From positions 121,944 through 185,943 of the forward strand of contig KV454018.1 in the NCBI GenBank assembly GCA_001661245.1: DNA of 64,000 nt, given 5' to 3'. Shown here piece by piece: positions 23,671 through 37,161 of the stretch. This DNA comes from Pachysolen tannophilus NRRL Y-2460 (taxonomy: Eukaryota). Made by a program: the position numbers and the translations under genes. Under the pieces are notes generated by a model that did not search any database, was not told the DNA's origin, and was given only the letters and a program-made list of their open reading frames with translations. Each line of letters opens with the position of its first letter. Within the stretch, counting starts at the first letter, position 1.

Positions 23671-24245
23671 ATGGTAAGTTCTAGTTATATATTGTTTTTA
23701 GTTTGTTTTAATGGTGATGATGATGATACTAATATATGTTTATTAAATTTTTTTTTTTTTTTCAAAAAAAATTTTTTTTTTAGTTACCGTTATATTTATT
23801 GACATCTGCAAAAGGTCAACCAATATTGGTTGAGTTAAAGTCTGGAGAGACTGTTAATGGTAACTTGGTGAATTGTGATTCATGGATGAATTTGACTTTG
23901 GATAATTGTATAAAAGTTGATCCTTCAGGGGAGGTTTTTTTGAAATTAAAAGAGATTTATATTAGAGGAAATCAGATAAAGTATCTTAGGATGAGTAATG
24001 CAGTTATAGATCAGTTGAAAGAGCAACAGATGTCGAATAACAATGCTGGTTATAATAATTCCTACGACCACAGAAATAGAAGAGGTAATAGCAGAGGTCA
24101 AGGTAGAAGGTACAACAGTGGTGGTAGAGGAGGATATAGAGGTGGTAGAACTCAACAACAACCCGTATCGTCACATCAACAGCATCAACAGCAACAGCAG
24201 CCACCACAGCAGCAACAGCAACAACATAATTCTGTAGCTTATTAG
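23671..24245 (+). CDS. LSM4: U6 snRNA-associated Sm-like protein Lsm4; exons 23671-23673 and 23784-24245
   Basis: ATG|GTAAGT, branch TACTAAT 23727-23733, TAG at 23783. Splicing gives the canonical MLPLYLLTSAKGQ start. Sm fold plus RGG/Q tail. Confidence 0.96.
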
Positions 24246-24341
24246 AATTAAAAAAAAAAATGGAAATAATTATTATTATTTGGGTTTATATACTCTATAG
24301 CTAATTTTTTTTTTTTTTTTTTTTTTTTCATTTAATTACTT

Positions 24342-27300
24342 TTAATAAAAAGGTGACCAACCTAGGTAAATACATGAAAGATTATTAGGATCCATAGCTT
24401 CTTGTGTTAGTTCTCTGACAGCAGCTTCCACACTCAATACACTTGTATCTAATTTATTTTTAACCCCATTTATTGCAATTGCAGCTTCAGAACCTTCAAT
24501 TTCATTAAATCCTTCATCAATAAAATTCTTACGCAAAATATAATCTTCATCATCATTTGTTTCTTTACTATTCTTATCCTTATCATTCTCTTGTATATGT
24601 TGCTTTCTAACTGGTGACAAAGTCCAGGAATATAAAGGATCATAACGTAAAACATCTAATATCCCCATTATTCGATCTGTTTCTAACCTCAAGACTCGAA
24701 GAACATGCTCAGAAGTTTTTTTATATATTCCTTCAATTTTAGTAATACCAAAACCATCAACAATATCCCTAGTTAATCTAAATGGTACCAATTCAGGTAT
24801 TGGTAATTTTTTACCCTGATCAAATGCAACTCCTAAATCAATATGAATTGGTGCTCCAGTCGATTTATCCAACAAAATATTATTAGTATGTCTATCACCT
24901 AACCCTAAGATATAACCAACCATAGAAGTTGTAGATATTCCATGTGTATATGTTACTCTACTTTCAAACCATAAATCTGGATTAATAAAGTTATTATAAA
25001 AAAAAAGTCTCATTACTGGTTTAATTTGTTCAGTTATCTTTGTATAAGTCCTCAATCTTTCCTTTGGAGAAGATTTTTGAACTTTTTTCATTAATGACCT
25101 AGCTTCATCAGAAGTTAAACTATCATATTTTTCATGCAATGGTTTTAAAATATCATTTAAAGGTAAAGAATTTCTAACAAATTCTATTACACCAGCTTGA
25201 GGACCCAATGGAATCACTTTATATGTCCTTATTGCTAAATTTCTTGATCTTGTTTCTTTATCTTTTAAAAAAAGATTATTAACTTTCTCAAAAACTTGTT
25301 CCATAATCGCATCTTGACGTAAATCATCACTTCCTGCTTTTAATAACATTTTATGAATTTCACCGTTTGTTAACTTGAAAACAACAATTTTTGGTAAAGA
25401 TAATCCAGATTCTGCAACAGAAATATTATCATCAATAGCTGATATACGAGGTACAGATTCATAAGAACAATTTTTACTAACAGTTATCTCCTTTGTAGGG
25501 GGCGGTAACATAAATGATATCAAATCTCTTAGCCAAAATTTACCAATTTTTAAATTTTTCAATCTGATTCGAGTGGATTTTTCAAACTTTTGACCGGCTA
25601 ATTCAACACATTCATCACAAAACTTACCTAGAGGTTGCATTATTTTCAAACCAAGTTTGTGATCTGTGTTGATCACGTTATTCCATAACTTTTTTGCAGC
25701 AGAAGATCTTGATTGAATCATTTGGTCATTCAGATTGAAGGAAGAATGAAGCATTAATGACTTAATTAAATATGATGTATGGAATGGGTGATTTAAAGTT
25801 AAAGTGTGCAATAAATCATTTAAAACTTTTTGAAAAATCGAATTCTTATCATCCAAAATTCTTGACATTAATTGATTTATCCATGTCAAAAATTTATAAT
25901 CTGCAACTTGAGTAATTTTTGTTGAAACTATAACACTAATCTTCTCTAATTCAGAGTATTCTAACCACATGGCACAAAATCTATCAATATCCTCGTCGTA
26001 ATCGTCACTTATCGAAAGTGTATTCAAATAGAATCCTATTGCATTTTCAACAAACCTATTTTTGTTATTTATCAATTTCTTGAATTCGACTTCGTCCATT
26101 TCCTTCAGAATTTTTAGTTTTCTATAAGCATGAGATGCTGATATTCTATCTTCTTTGGAGTAAGACCTATTCTTTATATATTTTTCTAATTCAATCATTT
26201 CTTGAGTGGTATGTTTAATTAACTTATCATATCTTGAAATTTTTTCCTCCATTGATGAATCTCGTAGCTGCTTATCACAAAAGATGGCTAATATATGGAA
26301 AATTTCAGATTGCTGATGGATATCAGAAATTCTCTTACATGCAATTGAATCTATATAATTATTCATTATTGCCTCGGGCGTTTCTTGCCTTGATTCTGAG
26401 GTCCACTTAACAATAATAGCTTTCAAAAATGGAATAGGCAATTTCATTTGCTCATATGGGAGAAATTTTTCTTCCGCTAGACATGATTGATCTACTTGTT
26501 CATTCAAAATAACATCTTTGAGCGTTGCTACTGGAAAATTCGTTTCTCCTTGTTCCCAGAAAGTAGAAGCAATTTGATATTTTGCGATTTTTTGAAGATA
26601 TTGTTTAAAATGAATACTGCTGTCTTCAAATTTAGTAGAAACCAACCTATCAATATAAACTGAAGCATTAATAGACTTTTGTTTCTCGCCACTTATCCTT
26701 GCAAAGTTACCATATCTACTGAATTCAAACAACACCGAGAACCAGGAAATTTCTGAAGTGAGGCTCTTATGACTCTCAGTTGGCAATTCTGCAAGATATT
26801 CGAAGCAGGCCTTTCTTGCTAGCAATATATCTTCAAAATCTTCGAAGTCGGATTTTGCGAACCACGAAGTTAAAATAACATTATTTTTGATATGAAAATC
26901 AATCGCAGTCTTATCATAATTTAGGATTTCCTCGATATTGAAAATTATAGCCATAGTTTTCAACAATCCTCGAATTTCAATTTTCGAATTTTTATGATAT
27001 CGATTATTTATAAAAAGATATTTATTGTTAATCAATTCACATAGACTATTTTCGCAAATGTAAGAACAGTCCTTTGGATAATCTTGTAATAATTTAAAAG
27101 TTTTATAAATTTGTTCATTTCCTGATAATGAAGCTGATTTCTTAGATACAGGAATGTCCCACTGGTTTAATTTCCAGGCCCACTCAAATGAATCTCCGGT
27201 TGTGTTGGTTTCATCTGACAGATCTTCATAATAATTTGACCTAGCGGTATTCAGAGTATGTTCCCCCAAAACTTTAGAAAGCCCGTTAAACCCTCTTGAT

Positions 27301-30300
27301 AATAGAGATCTGATCATTGAATTCCTATTATTCCAATAATCTCCTAGAACCAAAGAAGTTTCAAAGATACCATTGTTAAACATCAACTTCTCCCAGGAAT
27401 TCTCATTCCTACGATTAATCAAATTAATGCCATACTGTAATGAAGGCTCAACAGGCAAGCCAAATATTAAATCATCATCATTGATGGATTTATAAACTTT
27501 TGTTAAAAATGATCTTTCGTCCTGCCAAGCTGTTGATGTGGAAGTAATAACATCTGTATAATAATTTTCCATTAAAACTAATGCAGTATGTGGTCGACCA
27601 ATATCTATTGCATCATAGTAAATGTTTTTCCAATTCAAAGTTTCATAGATAGAAATGAAATCTTTCAATTCCAATTTTGCTCCAATCCTTATTAGTAACA
27701 CCAAGTCAACAAAGAGCTCTTTTGATTCACTAGAAACTTTTGATCTTTCTATTTTGTAAAAGTTCCCTAGTAGCTTTTTAATTAGGGTTGCACCCTTACT
27801 CCCAGAGCGATATATATAATAAACGCACAAATGTGCAAAGACTTTCCTTCCAAAACTCGGCACTTTTGAAACAAATGTTGAAATCAACGGTGCAACAGAG
27901 GTGTATAAAGCTATTTCGTTGACCAAAGTCAAGGACAAAAAGCATGTCCAAATATCTGAATTCGACTGCTCTATAATATTCTCTAAGTTTTCAGTGGCAT
28001 GAAGTAGCATATTATTATGAAGTACATTTTTAGTGCTCTCCGAATCCTGCACTAATAGAATACATATATAAAAATTTAAAGGTATAATAGTTGATTCAAA
28101 TTTCTGAAAATGCTTTTGATAAGAGAAAACAGACTTATCGTTCGTCCCCGTTTTATTTCTCCAAATAAGAACACCAAGAATATAGTCAATAAACGCACTA
28201 ATTTGTTTATCGGATAAATTTTGATAAGTTAGCATTTCTAAAAATACATTGTCCAAAGTCTTTATGTTTTCTTGAAAATTGTTTTCATATTTTTTTAAAA
28301 GTGGGTTTTGAACTTCATCCTGTTTAACATCAATTAGCTCACCTGTAGCTGTATAAAAGTAACCCAAATAACGTGCTCTCCATAACATGAAAGGCCTGGA
28401 ATAATCTTGATTTTCTAATGAAAACAATAAATCAGCTACTACCTTGCTTGGTGCTACTGTTTTTTGAATTTTACTCAAACCTGGATTCAATTCAAATAAT
28501 TTCGATATTAACAAAAGCAATGATTTCTTGTTGTCAAAATCTAAAATAGCACTATTATCCAACTTCAATATTTTTTCAATCTGAATAATATCTAAGTCTG
28601 ATTTCGATCCTTGTAATACATCTATAGCTGCCTTGATTATAGATAAAAATGGATTGTCTTTTTGGATACATTCACTAAATTGAGCTAACCAGATATTTAA
28701 ATCATAATTTTTTTTTCTTGAGTGAACCAATCTTGACAATAGAGTTATTAAAATGGGAACGTAGTTTTCATTTTCCAAAAGACTAGACGTTCCTTTTCGA
28801 AATAAGAATACCAAAGTATGGCATATATCAGCTACTAGTTCCTCACAATCCAAGTAGGAAATAACATTTTGAACAACTAGCTGAATTAAATTGATGTCTT
28901 GGAACACTTTTGGAGCCATAGTGATTACGAGCTTTAGCCGTCTTAAATTAGATAGCTTTTCTAAAACACCGGCCGATTCATCTATAAGTATAAAAACTCT
29001 CCTTATCAAGAAATATACGTTTGGCACACTCCAAAACTTTATTGGGTTATCACAAAGTTTTCTGATAACAGCCTCCATAAGTTTCCAAAATCTTGAAACT
29101 GAAATACTTAGACCTGGAGGAGAGTAGGTAACTATGCTGTTTTCATTAAAAAGATCAATAGATCGTTGAGCAAACTCAGTAGATCCTAGAGACCTAATAA
29201 CGTCTTTTTCATTAGACATATCGACCATTCGAAGTATTTCGAAAATAGTTAGGGGTAGTTGATTATTCAATATATCATATAAGGCATCCTCTGTTCCCAA
29301 AGCATCTTTCAAAATGTCGAATATGCCGCTCTTGACACCCTTATCAGTGAAAGCTAAAGAAATTGATAAAGACAAACTGTCAATAATGATATCAGCTTTC
29401 GAAGCTCCCTTTATTGTCGAAATTTTTTTCAATAACTCTTCAGAACTTCTATCTCCAACGGAAGCCGAGGAACTTGAGACGGCAATAGCAACTATTTCTT
29501 TATAATTGTCAAGAATCAAATCTGTCGATTCTTTATAACCCAACAAATCATACGGTAAAATATCCATAGAAAGCTCGTAACACCACCAGTATTTGAGAAT
29601 CTCTAGCCTAAAATTTTTGAACAAATTTCTGGGATTCTTAATTTCATAATAGTGACATATATCGTTCAAAGAGTATTTTAAATACGGTCTGATATGTTCA
29701 AATCGAGAAAGTTCGATTAAATTAAAAACTATAGATGCCAATACCGAGTAAGATCCTTTCGATAATATACTAAAGAAATAGCAAAACGTGGAAGCAGACT
29801 CTAAACTCTCTTGTGGGGAAACAAAAATTTCTTGTATTTTTCCATACATTTTGCTCTTCTCCAGGTTTGATTGAAGACCAAGCAAAGTTACCAAATTCTC
29901 CACAAATGAAATCTTAATGTAATTAGTTTTAGAGTAATTAATTGTTGATAACATAGTTTGGAAAGCTTCTGTTTTGCTTAGGAAGAAGTTTTCATTTGCA
30001 TAATCCATTAAATCAATTAATAATTTGATATATTCGGCAATGGCCAACTCTGAATAAATGTAGTGATTCTCAATTAGTTTCAGGAGAAACGAAAAAATAT
30101 CGATGCAATCTTGCTTAAAAGAGTCATCACCTAAAACGCACCAACATTTAGAGAATTTGCGAAGCAGTTGAAGGCCTACAATAATTGTTAATTCTAATCT
30201 TTCAAATTCAAAATCACCTAATAAGTTTTCCGCATATACTCTAAAAAGAGTGTGAACTGGTTCTATCGAAACTTTGGTAAAGTCTAAGGTCTCAATAAAA

Positions 30301-33300
30301 AGGCTGTCATTCAAAAGAGTGTAATAACAGCGTAACAACTTCTGCTTTGAAACTAAAGTTTTAATAAAACCAATAATTTTATTCAAGATGTATGTTTCAT
30401 CTCCTCTGTTCAACAAAGCAGTGTTTACAAGAAAACATAAAAGATGTTGCTCGTATGTCTTTTTCAAGGACAACTCAAATATACTTAAATCGTCATTGAT
30501 ATTTACCTCAAACTCCTGTTTCCTTATAACTCCAAACCCCTCGAAATCATCGCGCAGAATACCATAACCAGTTTTAGAAACTTCAAAATCCTTGTCAGAG
30601 TTAGATGCATCCCCACTATTTATTTCCAATATTCCACATTCAATAATTTTCTTTACGTCGATCTCCTCAAGAAAATTCCTAATTGACTCTCCGTATAACA
30701 CATACAGATTATTAAATAGTTCAGAAAGTCTCAAATATGTAACTTTATTATTATCATGACTATCATCATTCTCGCCAAGAAATCCTGGATCAAATTCATC
30801 TTTTAGTAATCTTATAATCTGATAATTAAAAGCCTCAACATAAGGACCTAAGCTAACTTGTGCTTTCATTACAGTACTTATTTTCAAAATTGTGAAAATC
30901 CAGTCATTAATAGAGTATTTTCCAGTCAATTTTGTATTATCTCGAAAAAGATTGCTTACTTTGCTAAGGTTAGTTAACAATATTCCTAACCTATCAATAT
31001 TAGTTGACAAAACTTCTGGTTTATAGCTGAAGTTTTCCCCTTTTTTTTCATCACAAAAATTTTCGTTTCTTTTAAGTAAAGTGAAATCTCTTAGCGGCTT
31101 ATATACATCCCAATAAACGATCATTTCACTCAGTTTGTCATTACAGAAATAGGCATCGTCGGGTATAGTTTCGGAATTTATTTCGATATCATCACATCCA
31201 GCTAGCCACGGAATAAAAAGGGCTAACATATTTAGATCATTTAAATTATCACTATTAATAATCTGTTCCCATTTTGACATCACCCAATCTTGAATTTTAT
31301 CACTGATTTTTGTACCGTTGACTTCAAAAACACCAATGGAGTTTCCAGAATCCCTCAAATTGAAACGTCTGTAAAACTCGTAGGCTTTGAACCAAAAAAA
31401 CATTGATTCTTTCGAAAATACTGCTGGGCCATTAATCTCTGATAAATTGATAATTGTTTCAAATAATTGATTGATTAATTTTTCAAATTTCCAAATTTGC
31501 GAGTTCATTTGAGTTTTGTAATCAACAGATACTATATTTGAGATAAGAACGCATGAAACCGTAGATAATTTCTGAATTTTTACTGCATTTAATGAACACT
31601 TTAGCATCTGATTAATATAACTAGATGCAATTTGATGAGTACTATCTTTTGAAAACAGAAATTCTTTAGAAATTGAAGTCAATAGATTACAGGATAACAA
31701 CGACCAGTAAGTTAGATCATCGTTTTGCAATTCAAAAGTCTTCAATAACGTTTTGCAAATAATATTTAATCTACTGCTCGTTATTAGTTTTGAATCATCA
31801 TAGTTAAAATTATTGGTCCCCAATAAAGAAATTTCTGAAAGGTGGAAAACTAATAATTCTAATGCAGACTGAGCAAATCTTTCATGCACACAGTTATCAG
31901 TCAATTCTACCAAAAAATCAGCAAAAGATTGTGAATTGATTAAGTAATCTGTAATAGAATCAAAACTGTTAGTATTTAATTTTCTCCTTTTAGATGATTT
32001 CATATCAGAATCACTCAAATCTGGATCAGAATTCGGATGAGGATACAATGAAGAAGTCGAAGCTGATAAAAAGCTTTTCAACCTGAAATAATTTGGTAAT
32101 ATTTTTGAAAGTCCAGCTCTCAAAAGCCAAGGGATTGCACTGCTACTTTTTCGACTTAAATTTATGTACTTCAGATTGAACCATGAGTAATTTTTCTTAT
32201 TATATTCGGGGACGATTTTGAGATCGATATCTATAGCTAAAAGTTTATAATCGTTATTATTGCTCAACAATAATTCGAAAAGTTGAGTAATCATGGAATT
32301 TAATTCATTCAAAAGCAACTTCAAGTCATTATTCAATCTAGGTATATTTTTCCTTTTAAGTTCAACTGCTGTTAAAGATAAATTGGAGCTTAAATCTTCA
32401 GAATTTGAATGTACGATTTTTGATCTTTTATCATCATGATCCATTTCAATATCGTCTTCACTCTCCGTTCCGGTAATTAAATCTCTGTTAAATACCCAAT
32501 TATCTCCTACTTGTTTCGGTAATTGATATAAATCAATGAAATCTGGTATTAAGTTAATGAAAATTAGAAGTTGATCTTTAAAAGTCTCATGGTTTATAAA
32601 TTTGATATTGTTGAAAAACCTCATACCAATTCTAAACAATTTATGACAAAGTTTTATATTAACAATGGATAAATTAATTATCAATCTGTTCATTATTTGA
32701 AATATTAAAATTAAAGACTGTGATTCTTTCTTGTTTATTTGAAAATTATTTAAATAAAAATTTTCTATTATTTTAATAATTCTTGAATACAGTGATTCAA
32801 TCGAATTTGTTTCATCTTCAAATACAAATAAATTTGATGAATTTCTTGGATTCAATAAAATATTAAATGTTGACAAAGTTTCAGTAGTCAATTTTTCATT
32901 ATTACTACTAGTTAAAATTTTTTTATTTGCATTATTATCATCTCCTCCAGTCAAGATAAATAAATTTTTTAAAGTGTAATTTATTATATTTTTATATTCT
33001 TTTATTACTAAATGACTTTTAAAATCACTTAAAGAAAGTAAAATGTTCAAACTTTTTGCAAAATCCAACGCAATTGGTTCAAAAATTTCATCTTTACGCG
33101 TCTTGGAATTATAAGATAATGAATATTCAATTATCAAATTTATAGTTGATTGATAATGTTTAATCTTTAATTTCTTTGTCTTGTTGGTAACTATCTTACT
33201 TAAAAGAGTTCTAAGTAGATTTGAAGCTTTTTGCAATCTATCTTCGATAGAATGATTCAATTGTGATTTTGATTTCAAAAATGATATTTTTTCATGATGT

Positions 33301-33590
33301 ATATTTTTAAAAATAGCATCGATTATTTTGAATAAATCATTCGACAGGTATTTATTTATAGTTAAATTAAACGTAGATGCAACTTGCTCGAGCTTATTTA
33401 AACCATCATTACGTTCTTTGATCTTGCTGGATTGTAATAAGTCTATCAATGTTTATTCATTTTTTTATTTTTTTTGGAAGGGAAAATAGTTTGTTAGAAT
33501 CTTGTTTATCTTGTCTTTAAACTTCTTTCTTCTTGTAAAATACAAACACTTACCAATTATAGATTCAATCCCCAAATCATTTGACACCAT
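24342..33590 (-). CDS. TEL1: PIKK Tel1/ATM; exons 33590-33554 and 33442-24342 (3045 aa)
   Basis: Spliced N-terminus MVSNDLGIESIIDLLQSSKIKERND contains the TAN motif. Kinase motifs DDLRQDAIMEQVF, GLGDRHTNNIL, HIDLGVAFDQG; FATC ending GWSPFY. Intron GTAAGT...TTCTAAC...TAG. Confidence 0.97.
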
Positions 33591-33987
33591 ATTAGATGAA
33601 ACTTTAACATTAAATAAATGGAAATATTTCCCACTCTAATTTCAACCAGCAATAACACCTTTTTGATTTCTATTAATACATGTTTACTTTCTTAGTTTAT
33701 TAATTATTGATTTAATACAACTTTTACAATGTTGTATGTATTTGTAGTGTAAGACAAAAAGTATATAATATATAATAAATTAATATATATTAATTTAGTT
33801 ACAATTAAACGGTAAAAGGTTTAGATTAAATTTTAATTATTTTATAAATAGATAAACCAATTTTAATGGTTTTCAATTTAAAATGGAAAATTTATAGAAT
33901 TAATTTGAAATTATATATTTAAAATAAATTTCCCCATAATACACAACATGAAAAACTGATATATAGTAAAAATGAAAAAAATTGATC

Positions 33988-34911
33988 TTAAACAACAACA
34001 CCAGAGTTTGAAGCAATACGTGGCCATAAATCAGCACATTCTTTACCGACTGGACCAGTGATAGCTGAACCCTTCATTTCACCCTTTGGATTAACAATAA
34101 CACCGGCATTATCTTCGAAATACAAGAAAACACCATCTTTTCTTCTCCATGATTTAGATTGTCTAACAACAATAGCTGGCATAACTTTCTTTCTCAATTC
34201 TGGTTTACCTTTCTTGACGGTAGCCATAACCATATCACCAACAGCGGCAGCTGGTAATCTGTTTAATCTAGCACCGAAACCTTTAACAGAAATGATGTTT
34301 AAGTTTCTGGCACCAGTGTTGTCACAACAGTTGATAACTGCACCGACTGGTAAACCCAACTAAATATAAAAAAAAATAAAAATAAAAAGCTGTTAGTATA
34401 AATTCCAATAGTTTTAATTGAAAAGTGATGTGAAATAAAGAATAAGATGAAGAACAAAAAAAAACCCCCATTAAAACCCCAAAAGTGAAAGAATTATGAA
34501 TAAGTAAATTCAAAAAAAAAAACAAAGTTTAATAGTATAGTACCATAAACCAATTTCTCATAGAATCTTGAAAAGAAAATGTGTTAGTGAATTCACTCAT
34601 TCATTTTTCCAAGTCAGTACTCCATTTAGATGAACAATCACTTGAAACCTATTACTTTATAAACTTTTATCCTTTTCTTTTTGCTTATTTGTTTTCTTGG
34701 AATTACATTATTGCTGAAACAATTTTTCAATCACTTTCTAGTTAAATGGGTTTTTCTATTCTATTCTCTATATTCCACATCACTACTGATTTCGTTTGAT
34801 TAATTATCATCATCATTAAATCATCTCAAAACAAAATGAATAAATAAAATAAAAGAAAGAGTCACATACTGACATACGAAATTTAGTACCTGAAGCTCCT
34901 GAACCAGACAT
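33988..34911 (-). CDS. RPL23: 60S ribosomal protein uL14 (L23); exons 34911-34870 and 34359-33988
   Basis: Exon 1 [14 protein letters not shown], then a 510-nt intron (GTATGT, TACTAAC 34398-34392, TAG). Exon 2 [20 protein letters not shown]...[12 protein letters not shown]. Confidence 0.98.
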
Positions 34912-35151
34912 TTTTTATCTCTCTTGATACTTTATGGATTAAATAAAAAAATCTATTAATTTAATAAAAATTTTGTAAGCACTGAAAAAAAAAATAGAGA
35001 AAAATTAAAAGGTGAAAATTGAAATGGAAAAAAAAAAAAAAAATTGAATGAGATTTCCTCTTTGAGTAATATCAGACAGCCCCCAAAATTATTCTCTTTG
35101 AAAAGAAAAAAGAAAAAAAAAAAAGTCTTTCCGTTTTGAGAAGTACATTTA

Positions 35152-35214
35152 TGTGACTGGTTTTGTATATTTTTTTTTTTTGAAAAAAGTTGTACTTAGG
35201 GCTTACAACCCTAA
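35152..35214 (-). promoter_or_regulatory. RP-gene promoter: Homol-D box and inverted Tbf1-type sites
   Basis: TGTGACTG 35152-35159 (CAGTCACA on the RPL23 strand) and TTAGGG-cttacaa-CCCTAA 35196-35214, 240-300 bp upstream of the RPL23 ATG. Confidence 0.7.
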
Positions 35215-35516
35215 CTTATTTTTTTCTTCTGGATTTTTTTATTTTTGCATTTTCCATTTACGTCATCTTGGATATGTATATCGTGTGTCGAAACTCAAAT
35301 GTCCCGATTTGGTAATACGTCATAAAAATTCCCACAAGATAAAACAGTCGTGTCGTGTAATTAGAAAATGTTGTTATTAGTTTTAGTTATTATGATTTCT
35401 ATCTAGTAAATTTATTTAAAAAGGTTATCTATTATCAATCTGTTACATTTATAGATGACTTTATTACTAATATTAATATTAATACATAATATATAATCAC
35501 AATCATAATCATAATC

Positions 35517-36179
35517 ATGGCACCAGTTATTGGGACATCAAGTAAAAGTAAAATTAAAAGTAAAATCAAAAGTAAGAGTAATAGTAAAAGTAAAAGTGAT
35601 AGTAAAAATAAAATTAAAATAAAAAATAAAAATATTGGAAAGAAAGAGAAAGAGAAGGGGAAGGAGAAGAGGAGATTAAGCACTGAGTTAAATAAAAGTA
35701 GTGATGATAATGGAAATAATGGAAATGAGAGATTGAAAAGGAAAAGACCATTGGTGATTGAAGATTCAGATGATGAAAATGAAGAAGTAGAAGTTGTGGT
35801 TAAAAATAAGAAACCAAAAATTCAACCACTAGAAAATGTTTCGGATTCTGTTACTCTTTCAGATAACGATGAAGATGATCAAAATGAATCTTCAGGAGAT
35901 GAAGAAATAATAGTACTTTCGGAGAAAAGAGTTGGGGTTTTAAATGAGTCGGGTGTACATACTTTTTTCAAAAAAACAACTTGTCCAGTTTGTTTAGATT
36001 CTCCAGAACATCCTGTGGTTACTCCATGTGGTCATATGTATTGTCAGGAATGTATTTTAAAAGCTTTAGCAACTTCGAAAAATGTGGTGAGTAACGTTTC
36101 TGGTCTTTGCGCCGTATGCAGGAAATCAGTACAGTATAATTCGTTGGTACCTTTAAAAATTCGTATAAGTGCACAGTAA
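35517..36179 (+). CDS. SLX8: RING-finger SUMO-targeted ubiquitin ligase subunit (Slx8-like)
   Basis: C-terminal C3HC4 RING (CPVC...CGHMYCQEC...CAVC) and SIM-like LVIEDSDDE and EEIIVLSE. Divergent from RPL23, as in YER116C/YER117W. Confidence 0.75.
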   Translation: MAPVIGTSSKSKIKSKIKSKSNSKSKSDSKNKIKIKNKNIGKKEKEKGKEKRRLSTELNKSSDDNGNNGNERLKRKRPLVIEDSDDENEEVEVVVKNKKPKIQPLENVSDSVTLSDNDEDDQNESSGDEEIIVLSEKRVGVLNESGVHTFFKKTTCPVCLDSPEHPVVTPCGHMYCQECILKALATSKNVVSNVSGLCAVCRKSVQYNSLVPLKIRISAQ

Positions 36180-36351
36180 GTATAGATGGTTAATTAGGTA
36201 GGGAAATATTATTTATTTGGTGGTTTGGAGTGAGGTTTATTTTATGTTTTTTTTGTTTTTTGTTTTTCTTTGGTTTCTTTAAATTAGAGCATATTGTGTA
36301 TATATAATTAAAAAGTTTTTACAAGTTACTAATCAGAATAAATAATTAACT

Positions 36352-37161
36352 TTAATTTTTTCTTATATAATTATGTGAAGCACTAGCTTGATCTGTTGGG
36401 AATATAACAGTCTCGGCAATAACAGTATTTGATCTTCTGGTTGTGGCAAAAACAATAACTTCTGCAATGTCTTCAGCTGTTAATGGAATTCTACCATCAT
36501 AAACTTGCTTTGCCTTTTCAACATCACCATAATTTCTAACAATTGAAAATTCAGTTTCAACTGCACCGGGGGCAACTTCAATAACTCTGATATTTGTATT
36601 AATCAATTCTTTTCTTAAAGATTCAGTAAAAGCTTTTAATGCAAATTTAGTTGCACAATAGATTGCACCACCAGGGTATGCATCTCTTCCTGCAATAGAA
36701 CCTAATTGAACAATATCATCAGCATTTCTCTTTTTAAAATCTTTAACAATCTCTTGAGTTAATGCAATCATACCTTTAACATTGGTATCAAACATATCAT
36801 TGATATCTTCTTGTTCAATATCACCAACTTGAGCTTTGCCGATAGCTTTACCAGCATTATTAACTAAAATATCAATTTTTTGAAATTCAGAAGGTAAATT
36901 GCTTAAAAATGGTTTAATAGTTTCAATTTTAGAAACATCTAATACAGATATATGACTCTTAAGATTCTTATAAGTAGATTGTAAATCATTTTGTAATTTT
37001 TGTAAATTTTGTAATCTTCTGGCAACTAAAATCAACTTAATATTCCCATTCAGAGCTGCTGCATACTCCAAGGCAGTAGCTCTTCCAATACCAGCTGAAG
37101 CACCAGTAATTAAAATAATTTTATTAGCAAGACGTTCTGCTGCTTTTGTTCCATAAGACAT
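36352..37161 (-). CDS. NADP-dependent short-chain dehydrogenase (Ymr226c/YdfG 3-hydroxy acid dehydrogenase-like)
   Basis: [17 protein letters not shown] and [10 protein letters not shown]-terminus KAAERLA as in Ymr226c. Confidence 0.9.
   Translation of the reverse strand: MSYGTKAAERLANKIILITGASAGIGRATALEYAAALNGNIKLILVARRLQNLQKLQNDLQSTYKNLKSHISVLDVSKIETIKPFLSNLPSEFQKIDILVNNAGKAIGKAQVGDIEQEDINDMFDTNVKGMIALTQEIVKDFKKRNADDIVQLGSIAGRDAYPGGAIYCATKFALKAFTESLRKELINTNIRVIEVAPGAVETEFSIVRNYGDVEKAKQVYDGRIPLTAEDIAEVIVFATTRRSNTVIAETVIFPTDQASASHNYIRKN

Noticed and set aside
34058..34363. Antisense and overlapping short ORFs (also 49303-49716, 50759-51085, 21143-21463, 59602-59907 and others)
   Set aside because: Shadows of well-supported genes on the other strand or frame, with no independent coding signal.
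34614..34815. Possible box C/D snoRNA in the RPL23 intron (ATGATGA ... CTGA on the minus strand)
   Set aside because: Box C lies in a (TGA)n microsatellite, the spacing is about 200 nt, and I saw no terminal stem or rRNA guide; Rfam/snoscan would settle it.
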